Part shown: in pieces, positions 25,400-38,310 of the stretch
Position numbering within the stretch: position 1 is the stretch's first letter
Layout: every line of letters begins with the position of its first letter
Origin: Cetorhinus maximus
Lineage: Eukaryota
DNA: 64,000 bases
NCBI RefSeq assembly: GCF_964194155.1
Contig: NC_135901.1
Coordinates: 21,638,001-21,702,000 of the forward strand
Direction: 5' to 3'
Position numbers and translations under genes: made by a program
The notes under the pieces: generated by a model
The model's database searches: none
The model's input: the letters and a program-made list of their open reading frames with translations, nothing else
What the model was told of the DNA's origin: nothing

Positions 25400-26060
25400 T
25401 CGATCATTCTCTCTCCTGGTCACTGGGACCCTGAAGCCCCGCCCACTCTCTGATGTTTCGTCAAGATGGCCGCACAGAAAATTGAAAGTCCCGGAGCTGC
25501 AAACGCGGGACCTGCAGGTTCTTGTTAGGGGTTTGGGGCCTCCAGCGGGTGTTTCTGAATCCTCCCCGCCCACCTCCCAGGGTTTCCTTCCTTCCCACAG
25601 ATCAGATTCCGCATTGATTTGAGCCCAAAGTGTAACCTCTTATTTATTGTCCCCCCTCCCCCATCCTCTGATGTGAACCATCCTCCACTCGCTGACCCAG
25701 GATGGCGGCCGTTTACCTGGGCCTGTTCCCGGGAGGGAGAAGCCCCGCAGCTGCAAACCAGGAGCTGATAATTATTCATAACGGTTACTCCAGCACACAA
25801 TGCCCGGGGAGTGATTGACGGGAGGGACCGGACCAATAGGAAGAGGAGATGGGGCTGGAGGACCGAGCGAGACAGCCTGGTCCTCCAACCAATCGGAGTG
25901 AATGAGGGGCGGGGCTGAGCCCAGAACGCCCTCATTGTCCCCGATAAAGGTGGCGGCCGTTAACCGGGGCCTGTCTCGGTGAAAAGCCCGAGCAGTTGTA
26001 GCCGGTTCAAATCATACACGAGCTTCGGATTCGGGACTTGCAGCCTACACGAGCTGATTT
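25400..26060 (-). promoter_or_regulatory. CpG-island promoter of the ZNF at 23902-24492
   Basis: Two CCAAT boxes, GC box, YY1-like AAGATGGC, conserved dyad at 25856-25887. Confidence 0.7.
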
Positions 26061-26339
26061 GTTTCAAATTCCAGGAGAAAACTGGACCTTTCTGTTTGTG
26101 GCTTTCAACAGATGAAACCCTGTGGGTGTGGGGAAAACATTTCAACATTTGTCAGTGAAATGTGGGAACATGATGAAACATGCAGAACTAATTCAAGGGC
26201 TGACTTCAAGGAATAACTGGGCAAGCAGGGAATGTCACCATTAGAACAAGGAGAGTCCCTGTTTTCAACAAATGAACAACAGAAGGGTTAGGACAGGTTA
26301 GGGAGAAGGTTCATACTGTTCATATATATACAGCAACAA

Positions 26340-27505
26340 CTGGTCTCGAAGACAATCTCCTGTAGTTTGTGTGCATTGGGTGCGGGTGCTCAATCAGGTT
26401 AAAAGGGGTTAAATGATATATGTTTCCTTGACAAAAACAAAAATTGCTAGAAAAACTCAGCAGGCCTGACAGCATCTGTGGAGAGAAAGACAGAGTTAAC
26501 GTTTCGAGTCCATGTGACTCTTCTTCAGAACTTGTTTCCTAGATTGGACAATTGCATTAAAATGTTGAACTCAGATGGGAATATGTATTGGTGTGAGGTG
26601 GGAAGATCTGGTACCATGTACTCCTATGGCAAGCCTTAAAATCAGAATGACAGTATTTCAGAACTGATTCCTGTCCCAGCTATCCCATTGCTAACTGTTG
26701 GTAAGACCGATGGAAGTCTTTAAAGCAAAGTGGAGACCGTAGATGAGTTGGAGGATGATGTACACAAGGTATTTGTGAACTAACTGAGGATGTTAGTGAG
26801 GGGAAAGGAAGGGATCTGGAAAGTAGCAGACAGTTTTGTTCCAGGAGAAGTAGGGCCTGGTTGTGTAGATGTCAGGTTTTACACAGCACACGGTCAGCCT
26901 ATAGCTCACTCTGGATGAAGAATCTCTGAATGGTACCATTCAAAACATTTAATGAGATTCTAGGAGAACCAACATCGTCTGCTCAGAGAGGGGAAGGTTT
27001 GTTTTACAGTTAATGAGAAACAGCACACACGCTCAGACACCCACACACAGAAACTTGCACACAGGCACACATATACCCATTACACACAACCACACACTCA
27101 AACACAGAGACCCACATTCACACTCACACAGACGTACATTATCCTCCAGTGATTCTGAGTGGTTTTGGCCATACAATTTCACGGTTTTCTCTCTGAAGCT
27201 TAAATCAATATTGAACAACATCTGGGACACAGGAAACAACAAGCAATAACATTTGAGTGATCTATTGTCACCCTGGGTGATCATCCCTGGTTGGAGATAG
27301 AGTAAAACACAGAAGAACATCCCTGGATAATCACAACATATACTTTCCTCCTAGTATTACAGATGATGCTAATTCCTCTTCTATTGATGGTCTGCAGGAT
27401 GGAAAGAACTCTAAGACAGGTTACAAGGAGAAAAAATATAATGGAAATGTTTGCACTGACCAAGAGAAAAGCTTTGAAGCTACAAAAGGAAGAATCTTCT
27501 TGAGC
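26340..27505 (+). mobile_element. Decayed ERV env-like region, copy 2
   Basis: Ends HPWIITTYTFLLVLQMMLIPLLLMVCRMERTLRQVTRRKNIMEMFALTKRKALKLQK followed by PPT GAGGTGGGGAA. Confidence 0.6.
26494..26532 (-). ncRNA. Minimal type I hammerhead ribozyme motif in a Penelope 3' fragment
   Basis: Minus strand AGTT-CTGAAGA-A-GAGTC(ACATG)GACTC-GAAAC-GTT-AACT: complete core, stem II, stem I, palindromic ACGT stem III. Confidence 0.7.
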
Positions 27506-27519
27506 CTCGAGGTGGGGAA

Positions 27520-29195
27520 TCTAGACAGAGGGAAGCCAGGTGAGGAAGACTCGAATAATTCGAATAACTCTATTAAACATTTCTCGATAGTACAGACACT
27601 TACACACATTAAACTAAGAATCTGCAATAGAAGTAGGCTCTAGGAGGCCATACTGAGGATAAGATTAGAGCCAGTGAACAGACACCAATACATTAATGAT
27701 CTGGAAGAACAGACAGTGTATGTTCTCGGCACAGAGCCAGAGGGTCAGGAGATGAACTGAATACAAAGACGTTATTAAGTCTCTCAGAATGAGATCAGAT
27801 GTTCAGGTAGAAACCATGAGAAGAGTAATGACGATATCGCACAGATTCACTAACGAGGATTACATCATTTACGAGATGAAATGTTATGATATGGCAGGTG
27901 GTATTTGCCAGACTGACTAAATACACAAGGGAACCTTGGCCACACTAGCACAATGGTTTTGCAATTTGTATTTATTACCAGAAGATTTGTGCACTGATTC
28001 ATCCATTGACACCTTTAGAGATTTTGGAAATCAAAGTAAAAACATTTATTAACAAAAGAAAAGTGTAAATCACATACACAAGATTACAGTTACATGGTTA
28101 CTTCATATTATAACAATTTCCAAAATTCCTAGTTAACCAGACTCCAGACTACTAATTCCTAGTTAACCAGACACCCCCTTTAAGGCAACAGTCCAAAATA
28201 GATTTTAAATTTATTGTGACAATCCAGCAAGGTTACCCACTCAACAGTGGTGTTCCAAAGGCTTTTAACACAACTTTGGCTACAGGAACAGCAGACTTCT
28301 GCAAAGTGGCTAGAGGCTTTTCTCCAAGTCGGTTTTACACTTGTACCTTTCAGATATTACATGGCCACCCCACACACAGCCTTCCATCCTTCTTTAAATA
28401 TATTTCTTCCTCTTTAATCTCTAAACCCCATTGTTCCTTCATGTCTTTGGAATTTACTTTTCCCATAATATGAAAATCTTTTATGTTGTCAATATGGCCA
28501 GCACTTTTGGGAAAACTCAACATAATGACCTGCCTTATTTATCTTGTTAGTTGTCAACATCTCATCATGTATTTTTGAAAACCAAACACCTCTGCACATA
28601 TCTTAAAATGCAAATTATATCTGCCAAGGCTTTACCACTTCATTCATTAACATTTCACATGCCCTTTTTATACGTGACTCCTTTGATAATTTGAACGTTG
28701 CAGTCTATCCATCTCTAATTTAATTAAATCAGCCACGCAGACGGAACCATCCACACACACAAACATAAGCCTACTTCACAATATCCCACAATAATATTAT
28801 GAAAAATATGATCGTTTCGTGACAGATTTAAAGGGTTACTGTATTCTGTTTGATAAACAAATAACCAGAATGTGTTCACAAGTTATCATCAAGTTAGCGA
28901 AATGTTACTAAAGTCAAAAAGGATCAATACACAAAAACTTGGAGTTGTTGACCATGTCTACCTTCGATCGGACTGATCAGATTCGAATAATGTGCTCACA
29001 ACTATTTCTGATGAGTCCTCCTGTGAGTATTCAGTAATCTCATGGTCTCTGTGTGTAACGGGTTATGTACTAGAAAAATAAAACATTAAACCAATGTCTC
29101 AGTGTTCCCTAGTTTCCGAGCTTGTTTAAAGGGAGACAGATAATTCTGTAAAAACACAAAATGCATTTTAGCTTTTAGGGAACAGCACTCTAACA
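27520..29195 (+). mobile_element. ERV 3' LTR copy 2, interrupted by a solo LTR
   Basis: Both halves align by eye to 18945-19637. Confidence 0.65.
27882..28824 (-). mobile_element. Probable solo LTR of another family
   Basis: TGTTATGA...TCGTGACA ends; absent from the paralogous LTR; no clear TSD. Confidence 0.55.
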
Positions 29196-29349
29196 ATTTG
29201 AAATGAATTCCAGGATCTCTGTTAAGTACAATATCCATTATCAGGAAATGTGTTTCCAGACAGGAAGCAGGTGAACAGCCTCATTCCACTTTGTCATTGA
29301 CATTTTTACAGTTTTCATGATGATCAAATCCCTTTACAAGGAGATATAC

Positions 29350-30965
29350 ACACACACAGAAACATCCACTATTCAGTGTGAACTCACTGATGAGTCAGAA
29401 GTTTAAATGACTGAGTGAATCCCTTCCCACACACGGAGCAGGTGAACAGTCTCAGCCCAGTGTGAACTTGCTGCTCTGTCCAGAGATTGGATGAATTAAT
29501 GAATCCAATCTCACGTTCATATCACCTGCACAGTCTTTACCCAGTGAGAACATGTTGGTGATTCATCAGGTCACTTGATTCCGTGAATCCCTACCCACAA
29601 TCGGAGCAAGTGAATGACTGTCCACAGCAGGCTGTATGACTGAGTGAATCCCCACCCACACGTGGAGCAGGCGATTGGCCTCTCTCCAGTGAGAATTTGC
29701 TGGTATTTGAGAAGGGTGCATGTCTGATCAACTCTCTTCCCACATCCTGAGCATGAGACGGCCTCTCCCCAATGTGACTGCGCTGGTGGACAGTGAAATG
29801 AGATGACTGCCTGAACTCAGTCCCACAGTGGGAGCACTTGCAAGCTTACATATCAGTGAGCATTTTGGTGGAACATCAGGTCTCCAGAGCTTTTATAGCA
29901 TTTACTGCAGCCTGGGCATTTAAAAGGTCTCTAGTCAGTGTGAACCCGTTGGTGTTTCAGTAAGTTGGATGAGGTAGTGAATCCCTTCCCAAAATTGGAG
30001 CAGGTGAATGGCCTCTCCCCAGTGTGAACTTGCTGGTGGGTCAGCAAGTGTGATAAGCAAGTGAATTCTTTCCCACACACAGAGCAGGTGAATGGCCTCT
30101 CCCCAATGTGAGTGCGCCGATGTGTCGACAGTTGGGATGACTGAGTGAATCCCTTCCCACATTCAGAGCAGGTGAACAGCCTCTCCCCAGTGTGAATTCG
30201 CCGGTGCATCAGCAGTTGGGATGAAATACTGAATCCCTTCCCACATTCAGAGCAGGTGAAAGGACTCTCCCCAGTGTGACTGTGCTGATGTGCAGAGAGT
30301 TCAAATGATCGCCTGAACCCAGTGCCACATTGAAAGCACTTGAACAGTCTCTCATCAGTGTGAACACGTTGATGGGACATCAGTTCCCAGAACTTTTATA
30401 GCACTTCCCGTAGTCTGGGCATTTAAAAGGTCTCTCAGCAGTGTGAACTCGCTGGTGCGTCAGCAGGCATGATGAACATGTGAATCCCTTCCCACACTTG
30501 GAGCAGGTGAATGGCCTCTGCCCAGTGTGAGTGCGCCAGTGTATCAGCAGGTGGGATGACTGACCTTCTCACAGTCAGAGCAGGTGAATGGCCTCTCCCC
30601 AGTGTGAATTCGCTGGTGTGTCAGCAGGTGAAATGAGGTAGTGAATCCCTTCCCACACTTGGAGCAGGTGAATGGTCTCTCCCCATTGTGATCTCGCTGG
30701 TGTTTCAGCAAGCTGTATGAGTGAGTGAATCTCTTCCCACATTCAGAGCAGGTGAATGGCTTCTCCCCAGTGTGATGCGCCGATGAGTTTCCAGGTCAGA
30801 CGGGTAATTGAATTCCTTCCCACAGTCCTCACATTTCCATAGTTTCTCCCTCATATGATTGCACTTGTGTTTCGACAGGCCAGATGATCGGCTGAAGCCT
30901 CATCCACACACAGAACACGTGTAAGGTTTATCTCCACTGTGAACGGTGCTTTTTCCTTCCATTCA
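29350..30965 (-). pseudogene. C2H2 ZNF pseudogene (unit B), long broken array
   Basis: Finger repeats throughout with frameshifts and stops; longest ORF 29931-30380; start codon lost. Confidence 0.85.
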
Positions 30966-31309
30966 AAATCAAATGATATTTCAGTTTTGATAAATTTGGA
31001 GAGTGCATCAGATCCTGATGTGATGTTTGGTTTGAGTTTCCTCACTGCAAATCCTCCCCTTCTAGCACGCTGTGAAATTAATTTAAAATAGAAAAAAGAC
31101 AGTGAGAGAGAACCCACAAAAGCACAAAGAGAGAAATAGAGCAAGAGAGAGGGATGGAGCAGCAGGGGGCAAGGAGAAGGATTTTAAATATTTGCAACTT
31201 CACCAGAACTTTGACAGAACCTGCCAAACTTTCAAACTCCACCAGCCAGAAGGACCAGGGTAACAGTTGTATGTGAACACCATCACCTACAAGTCACCCA
31301 CGGTCTTGA

Positions 31310-32250
31310 CTTATCTGACATCCAGTAATGGATGAACAAAAATTTATTCCGTTAAAATATTGGGAAGCCCAAAGCCTCTGTCTTCAGTTCCGACTACAAA
31401 CTCCATTTCCTAGCCACCGACTCCATCCCTCTCCCTGGAACTGTGTGAGGCTGAATCAGACTGATCACAACCTTGGTGTCATATTTCACCCAAAGATGAG
31501 CTTTCAACCACATATCCACATCACCAAAACCGCCTATTTTCACCTCAGTAACATTGCCCGACTCTATCCTAGTTTCAGCTCATCTGCTGCTGAAACTGTC
31601 ACCCATTCCTTTGTTACCTCTAGGCTTAACTATCCTAACGCACTCCCAGGCAGCCTCCCACATTCAACCTCCTCTAATAGAGCTCCATTGCCATGTGCTT
31701 CCTTGCACCAAGTCATATATGTCCATCACCCCTTTGCTCACTGACTTACAAAAGCTCCCATTTAATAAGTACGTATATTTTTAAATTCTCATGCTTGTTT
31801 TCAATTTCCTCCTTGCTCCTTGTCTCTGTAATCTCCTCAATACTCTTGTCCATCCCTGGCTCTGTAATCTCCTCCACACTCCTGTCCGTCCCTGTGTCCA
31901 TAATCTCCTCCATGCTCTTGCCCCTCTCTGTCTCTCTAATCTCCTCCAGTCACACAATCCTCTGAAATATCCGTGCCCTTATAATTCCGGCCTGCTGACC
32001 ACTCCTGAGTTTAATCGCTCCACTGTTGGTGGCCCTTCTTTCAGTTGCCAAGGCCACACACTCTGGAATTTCCTCCTTAAACCTCTCCGTCCCTCTACCT
32101 CGCTTTCCTCCTTTAAAATACTCCTTAAAACATACCTCTGACCAAGCTTTTGGTCACCTGCCCTAATATCGCCTTATGTGGCTCGTTGTCAAATGTTGTT
32201 TTGTAACATTTGTGTGAAACATCTTGGAATATTGTATTGCATCAAAAGCG
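31310..32250 (+). mobile_element. L2-type LINE 3' fragment
   Basis: ORF 31328-31744 (TAYFHLSNIARL, HSFVTSRLNY); internal tandem expansion of about 38 bp near 31820-31950. Confidence 0.8.
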
Positions 32251-33220
32251 GGACATAAATCCAAATTAGTATTGTTGACTTGGACATATATGGCCTTCAT
32301 CATCACTGGGTGAATAACCTGTAACTCCTTATCTAACATCATTGTGGGAGCACCTTCGCCACACGGACTGCAGTGGTTCAAGACGGTCAAACCTCATCTT
32401 CTCCACAGGCAACTGGGGATTTGTAATATCTGCTGCTGGTCCTGTTGGTGAAAGGACAGGGGCATAGGACTAGCTGATTTGCTCTTGTCAAGAGCCAGCC
32501 TGAGCACAACGTGCTAAATAGTTTTCCTCTGAATTGTAATCACTCAATGATTCTATGACTCAATGAAAAAGGACCTACACTGGAAGCCAGAGATCAGCTT
32601 CTGCCACCAAAGCCCACCGTGATGCAACCCAGCTCTTAATCTGTCTGTCTGTGTTTCCAGACTTGGTTCTCTGAGTGATGCCTGGAATAAAATAATAGTA
32701 AAATACTGCAGCTGCTGGAAATCTGAAATAAAAATAAAAAACGCTGGGAATATTAAGCAGGTTGGGCAATTTCTTTGGAGCGAGAAACAACATTAACATT
32801 TCAGGATGCGCAGAATGAATTACGGGGAATAAAAATGGTGCAGAATTTGACTTGCAGTATAAGGTCAGAAGTGAAAGAGAAATGGACAATAGCGCAGGTT
32901 AAACAAGACGTGACAATGAAAGATCATGTGGTAAGATGGAAAGCGAGCAGCACATGGTTGGGGGATGGGCAGCAGTGGAACCTCATTTAGACATAGTCAA
33001 TGGCAGTAACATTAAAATACTAAACATAACTACAATACATTCATTATCAGAGGCAGAGGAAGTTAGATATGGCAGAGAGGTGATCAGGGAGGGCAGAGGT
33101 GAAATAGACCAATGGATGGACATGGGTTCAGTTCCACTATAAAGAAGCCAAACCAGCCCCAGAGACATGGAACTTCATACAAATAACAGAGCATAGAACT
33201 AAAAGCTCTAAATTGCAGAT

Positions 33221-33471
33221 CTTCTTATCGTGTCCACGGACAGTCATGGCCCAGCCAGAACTGGACACATTTTTGCACCTTGCTGTTGAATTCGGCAAGA
33301 TCTACAACAGTGCAGGGTTCCTCTAGCGATAGCCATTGCAGGAGATGTTGCATAGTCTGTGGCTCAGTTCCACATTCACAAGTTATCAGGCTGGTTGTAT
33401 ATCCCCATTTGCTTAGTGACACCTGTGAATGACCTACACCAGTCCTAAGTCTGTTAAGGCACTTCCAGGTT
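33221..33471 (-). mobile_element. Vingi/ingi-like LINE 3' fragment with TSD
   Basis: WKCLNRLRTGVG..CECG..QTMQHLL; 10-bp TSD AATTGCAGAT at 33211-33220 and 33472-33481. Confidence 0.7.
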
Positions 33472-34039
33472 AATTGCAGATGAATAATCAGAAATACCAC
33501 TGAAACAATTTCCGTTTTCAATTTTAAAATCCCCTGCTGCAGCCTGCAGGTGGAAAGGTATCAGAAGCACTGGAGTCCGAGAAAAATCTCACAGTTGAGG
33601 AAATACCCACAAACTCCAGCCGGGAAAAACATCTATTAACCACTACTGTCTGTTACCTGTCACTCAGCCAATTCCGTATCCTTGTTGTTCGTGTCCCTTT
33701 TATTCCATGAGCTAGAACTTTGCTCACAGCTTAAAGTCTGTTGTGTGACACTGTATCAAATGTCTTTTGGAAATCCATGTACGTCACATCAACAGCATTG
33801 CCCTCATTAACTCTCTCTGTTACCAATTTAAAAAACTCCCGCAAGTTAGTTAATTGTGACATTTAACAGTCTCCCCTCCTGCTTCCTGTGAAGTTAAAGA
33901 TGATTTTTTATAAACAAACCCATCAGTGTCAGAGCAGGATAGAAATTCACACCATTCTCTCCTCCTGCTCCAGGATCAGTAAAGTTAGTTAAAGATAATT
34001 TCTCATTAACAAACCCATTGCTGCATTTCCTTCATTAAC

Positions 34040-34410
34040 CCACATTTGTCCACTCGGGCCTGGCACTGGGAGAAAGCCCGCAGCTGCCGTTCCGTTCGGT
34101 GTTGTGGGGTGTTGAGGCCTCCACTGGGTGTTTGTGAAGCCTCCCCTCCCACCCACTGCCCCTAACGCTGCCTCCGCTTATCCACCTGCTTCCCGCCTGA
34201 AGATGAGACAAACAAGCGTCCGTCCATGGACATGACCCATACTGCGCATGCTCCAGATCACAATGCCCGGGGAGTGATTGAGGGCAGCTCAGGACCAATG
34301 TGAAGAAGGGGTGGGACTGGAGGACCGAGCGGGAGTGCTGGTCCTCCAACCAATCGGAGTGAACGAGGGACGGGGCTGAGCCCGGATCTCCCTCATTGGT
34401 TGAAAGTCAG
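34040..34410 (-). promoter_or_regulatory. CpG-island promoter of unit B
   Basis: Close inverted paralog of 43190-43500; CCAAT pair, dyad, NRF1-like TGCGCATGC. Confidence 0.7.
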
Positions 34411-34421
34411 CATCATTTTGG

Positions 34422-35235
34422 TTGCTCCATCATTGCATCATCGTTGCTCCCAATGTGGTCTCCTCTACACTGGAGAGACCAAACGTAAACTGGGCGACCA
34501 CTTTGCAGAACACCTGCGGTCTGTCCGCAAGAAAGACACAAACCTCCCTGTTGCTTGCCATTTTAACACTCCACCCTGCACTCTTGCCCACATGTCTGTC
34601 CTTGGCTTGCTGCATTGTTCCAGTGAAGCCCAGCACAAACTGGAGGAACAGCACCTCATCTTCCGACTAGGCACTTTACAGCCTTCTGGACTGAATATTG
34701 AATTCAACAACTTTAGATCTTGAACTCCCTCCTCCATCCCCACCCCCTTTCCGTTTCTTCCCCCTCCCTTTTATTTTTTCCAATAATTTATATAGATTTT
34801 TCTTTTCCCACCTATTTCCATTATTTTTAAATCTTTACTTTTAATGCCCTGTTAGTCTTATTTCACCCCACCCCCACTAGAGCTGTACCTTGAGCGTCCT
34901 GCCATCCATTCTTAATTAGCACATTCGTTTAGATAATATCACCTTCAACACCTCTTTGTTCCTTTGTCTGTGACATCTTTTGATTATCACTGCTTGCTTG
35001 TCCCTACAACCACCGCACCCCCCCCCCCCACCCCCAACTTCTCTCCCCCCACCCCCCCACCTTAAATCAGCTTATATTTCACCCCTCTCCTAATATTATT
35101 CAGTTCTTTTGAAGGGTCATGAGGACTCAAAACATCAACTCTTTTCTTCTCCGCCGATGCTGCCAGACCTGCTGAGTTTTTCCAGGTAATTCTGTTTTTG
35201 TTTTGGATTTCCAGCATCCGCAATTTTTTGTTTTT
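34422..35235 (+). mobile_element. 5'-truncated Penelope-like element with TSD
   Basis: GIY-YIG (CGLLYTGETKRKLGDHFAEH); TSD ATCATTTTGG at 34412-34421 and 35236-35245. Confidence 0.88.
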
Positions 35236-35459
35236 ATCATTTTGGAAGCTGATATGTCTCAAAATACAGGAGAAAACTGGTTGTGTTTGTGGCTTTAAAC
35301 AGATGAAACCCTGTGGGTGTGGAGCAAACATTCCAACATTTGTTACTGAAATGGCTTCATTCAGGACAGACAGCAGGGATGATTTATTTGCAGTGTAGTG
35401 AGAAAGGGAAAAAGTGACCACGAACTGAATAATCAGTAACAGGATATTTATGTCCTATC

Positions 35460-36390
35460 TCAGCAGCAGATGAGCTGTGGGTGGAGACAAGTAACGTTAT
35501 GGAGGTGGAGATATGTGGTATTTGTGATGGTGTGGATAAGTGGTGGGAAAGTCATCTTGGGATCAAATAGACATCAAGATTCTGAACAGTGTGATTCAGC
35601 CTCAAGACAGTTCCTAGAGAGAGGGATGGACTCGGTAGTTAGAAAACAGAATTTGTAGTGGTGACTGTAGACAATAGCTTTGGTCTTCCCAATTGTAAAT
35701 CGGAGGAAATTTCTGCTCATCCAGTACTGAATGTCGGATAATCGGTTTGATAATTAACTAACAGTGGAGGAATGAAGAGGTATAGTGCTGAAGTAGAGCT
35801 GGGCATTGTCAGTGTACATGTGAAAACTAATGTGGTGCTTTTGGATGGTGTCGCCTAGTGGCAGCATGTAGATGAGAAACAGGAGGGACCAAGGAGAGAT
35901 CCTTTGGGGACACTAAGTTCAAGGTCTTTGCAGAGGAAAAGCAGGTTGGGGATGGGGCAGTAGTTTGGAAGGATGGTGGGGGTCAAAGGCTGCTTTTTTC
36001 AGGATGGTGGTGATGGTGGATTTAAAGGTGAGAGGGACAATACCAAAAGGGAGAGCCAACCATAAACAGTATCAGCTAAAATGGGGAAGATGGATCATCA
36101 GCAGTGTAGTGGGATAAGGATTGAGGAACTAGGAGGTGGGTCTCATGGACAAGATGAGCTCTGACAGGGGTTGATGGGAGATAGGAGAGAAACGGGAGAA
36201 AGATGCAAGTTCAGTGCTAAGACAAGGAGGAACTTTAGAGACTGTTTAGCCTGTGGGATAGTGGAAGGGAGGGAAGCAGCAGACGCCGCTGATCGGATTG
36301 TCTCAATCTTGGTGATAGAGAAGCTCCATGAGCTCCTCACACTTGTTGTTGGAGGTGAGGATGAAGGAGATGGGGAGAGGGAGAGCATTT
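35460..36390. mobile_element. L2-type LINE fragments downstream of the unit C ZNF
   Basis: FF.xKIETIRS motif region shared with 7670, 48450 and 62510. Confidence 0.7.
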
Positions 36391-36587
36391 CAAATGGAAC
36401 TAACTTGTGTTAAGAAATATTAAAATGATTTGCCACACTGTTTTTAACACAAAGTTAATATATTTCACTTTTATCCAGAATATTAACTCCAATAACTGGG
36501 CTGAAGTTTATTAACATCAGCAGAAATAGACTACAATGACATGGTTCAGTCCTGAATTTGATTAACAGCAGAATCCAACCCCTGCAG

Positions 36588-37373
36588 TCACTCATGAACT
36601 CGCCGGTGTTTCAGCAGGTGGGATGACTGAGTGAATCCCTTACCACACTCAGAGCAAATGAACGGCCTCTCCCCAGTGTGAACTTGCTGATGTCTCAGCA
36701 GGGTGGAGGATTGAATGAATCCCTTCCCACACTCAGAGCAGGTAAACGGCCTCTCCCTCGTGTGGATGTACTGGTGTGTAGAGAGTTGAGATGATTGCCT
36801 GAACCCAGTCCCGCAGTGAGAGCACCTGAACGGTTTCTCATCAGTGTGAACACGTTGATGAAGCATCAGTTCACTGGTACTTTTAAAGCACTTCCCACAA
36901 TCCAGGCATTTAAAAAGTCTCTCCTCAGTGTGAGCACGTTGATGGGACATCAGTTCCCAGGAACTTTTATAGCACTTCCCACAGACTAAGCATTTAAAAG
37001 GCCTCTCACCAGTGTGAACACGCTGGTGCGTCAGGAGTTGCGATGACTGTGTGAATCGTTTCCCACAGTCAGAGCAGGAGAACGGCTTCTCCCCAGTGTG
37101 AACTCGCTGATGCTTCAACAGGTTGTTTGACTTCGTGAATCCGTTCCCACACTCAGAGCAGGTGAACGGTCTCTCCCCAGTGTGACTGCGTCGATGAGTT
37201 TCCAGTTCAGACGGGTAACTGAATCCCTTCCCACAGTCCCCACATTTCCACAGCTTCTCCCTGTTGTGACTGCACTTGTGTCTCGACAGGTCAGATGATC
37301 GGCTGAAGTCCCGTCCACACACAGAACACATGTATGGTTTCTCCCCGCTGTGAACATTGATTTTTCCTTCCAT
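36588..37373 (-). CDS. C2H2 zinc-finger protein, 9 fingers (unit C)
   Basis: Intact ORF from ATG 37373 ([14 protein letters not shown]). Confidence 0.9.
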   Translation of the reverse strand: MEGKINVHSGEKPYMCSVCGRDFSRSSDLSRHKCSHNREKLWKCGDCGKGFSYPSELETHRRSHTGERPFTCSECGNGFTKSNNLLKHQRVHTGEKPFSCSDCGKRFTQSSQLLTHQRVHTGERPFKCLVCGKCYKSSWELMSHQRAHTEERLFKCLDCGKCFKSTSELMLHQRVHTDEKPFRCSHCGTGFRQSSQLSTHQYIHTRERPFTCSECGKGFIQSSTLLRHQQVHTGERPFICSECGKGFTQSSHLLKHRRVHE

Positions 37374-37854
37374 GTTCAAAGTCCAGTAAATTGGGTGACT
37401 TCACCAGATCCTGATGTGATGTTAGGTTTAAGTTTCCCAACTGTAAATCCTCCCCTTCTAATCCCCTGTGAAACTGATTTAAAACAGAAAAAAGGGAGTG
37501 AGATAGAATCCACAAAAACACAAAGGCAGATTGTGAAATTGAACTGAATGAATCTGGTAATTTGTGGGTCCAGCACTAGGAAAACGTGACCATTAAATAA
37601 GCCAATTGTCATTAAAACCCAACTGGTTCACTAATGTCCATCAAGGAAGGGAACCTGTCACCCAGCCCAGACCTACACAAGACTCTGGCCTCCAGGAGAG
37701 GAGAGAGAGGGGTGGGAGACGCAGGCGGTAAGCAAGAGAGATTTTATTTTTCTACAACTCAGTCAGAACTTTGACAGAACACCCCAAACCCTTAACCTCC
37801 ACACCAAGAAGGACCAGGGTCGCAGGTGCATGTGGATGTGTGCAGCTCCCACAA

Positions 37855-38310
37855 CACTCAAGGAGCTTGGCACCGTCCAGGACAAAGCAATCTGCTTGAT
37901 TGGCACCACATCCACAAACATTCACTCCCTCCACCACCAATGCACAGTGACAGCAGTGTGTACCATCTAACAGATGCACTGCAGGAATTCACCAAGGCTC
38001 CTTCGACAGCACCTTCCAAACCCATGACTACTACCATCTAGAAGATCAAGGACAGCAAATAGATGGGAACACCACCACCTGGAAGCTCCCCTCCAAGTTA
38101 CTCACCATCCTGACTTGGAAATATATTGCCATTCCTTCAGTGTCGCTGGGTCAAAATCCTGGAACTCCCTTCCTAACAGCACTGTGGGTGCATCTACACC
38201 ACATGGGTTGCAATGGTTAAAGAAGGCAACTCACCCCCACCTTCTCAAGGGCAACTAGGGATGGGCAACAGATGCTGGCACAGCCAGCAAAGCCCACAAT
38301 GAATTTTTAA
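37855..38310 (+). mobile_element. Non-LTR retrotransposon 3' end (CR1-related, clade uncertain)
   Basis: Reads LGTVQDKAICLIGTTSTNIHSLHHQCTVTAVCTI; 3' tail shared with 56944-57160. Confidence 0.65.
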
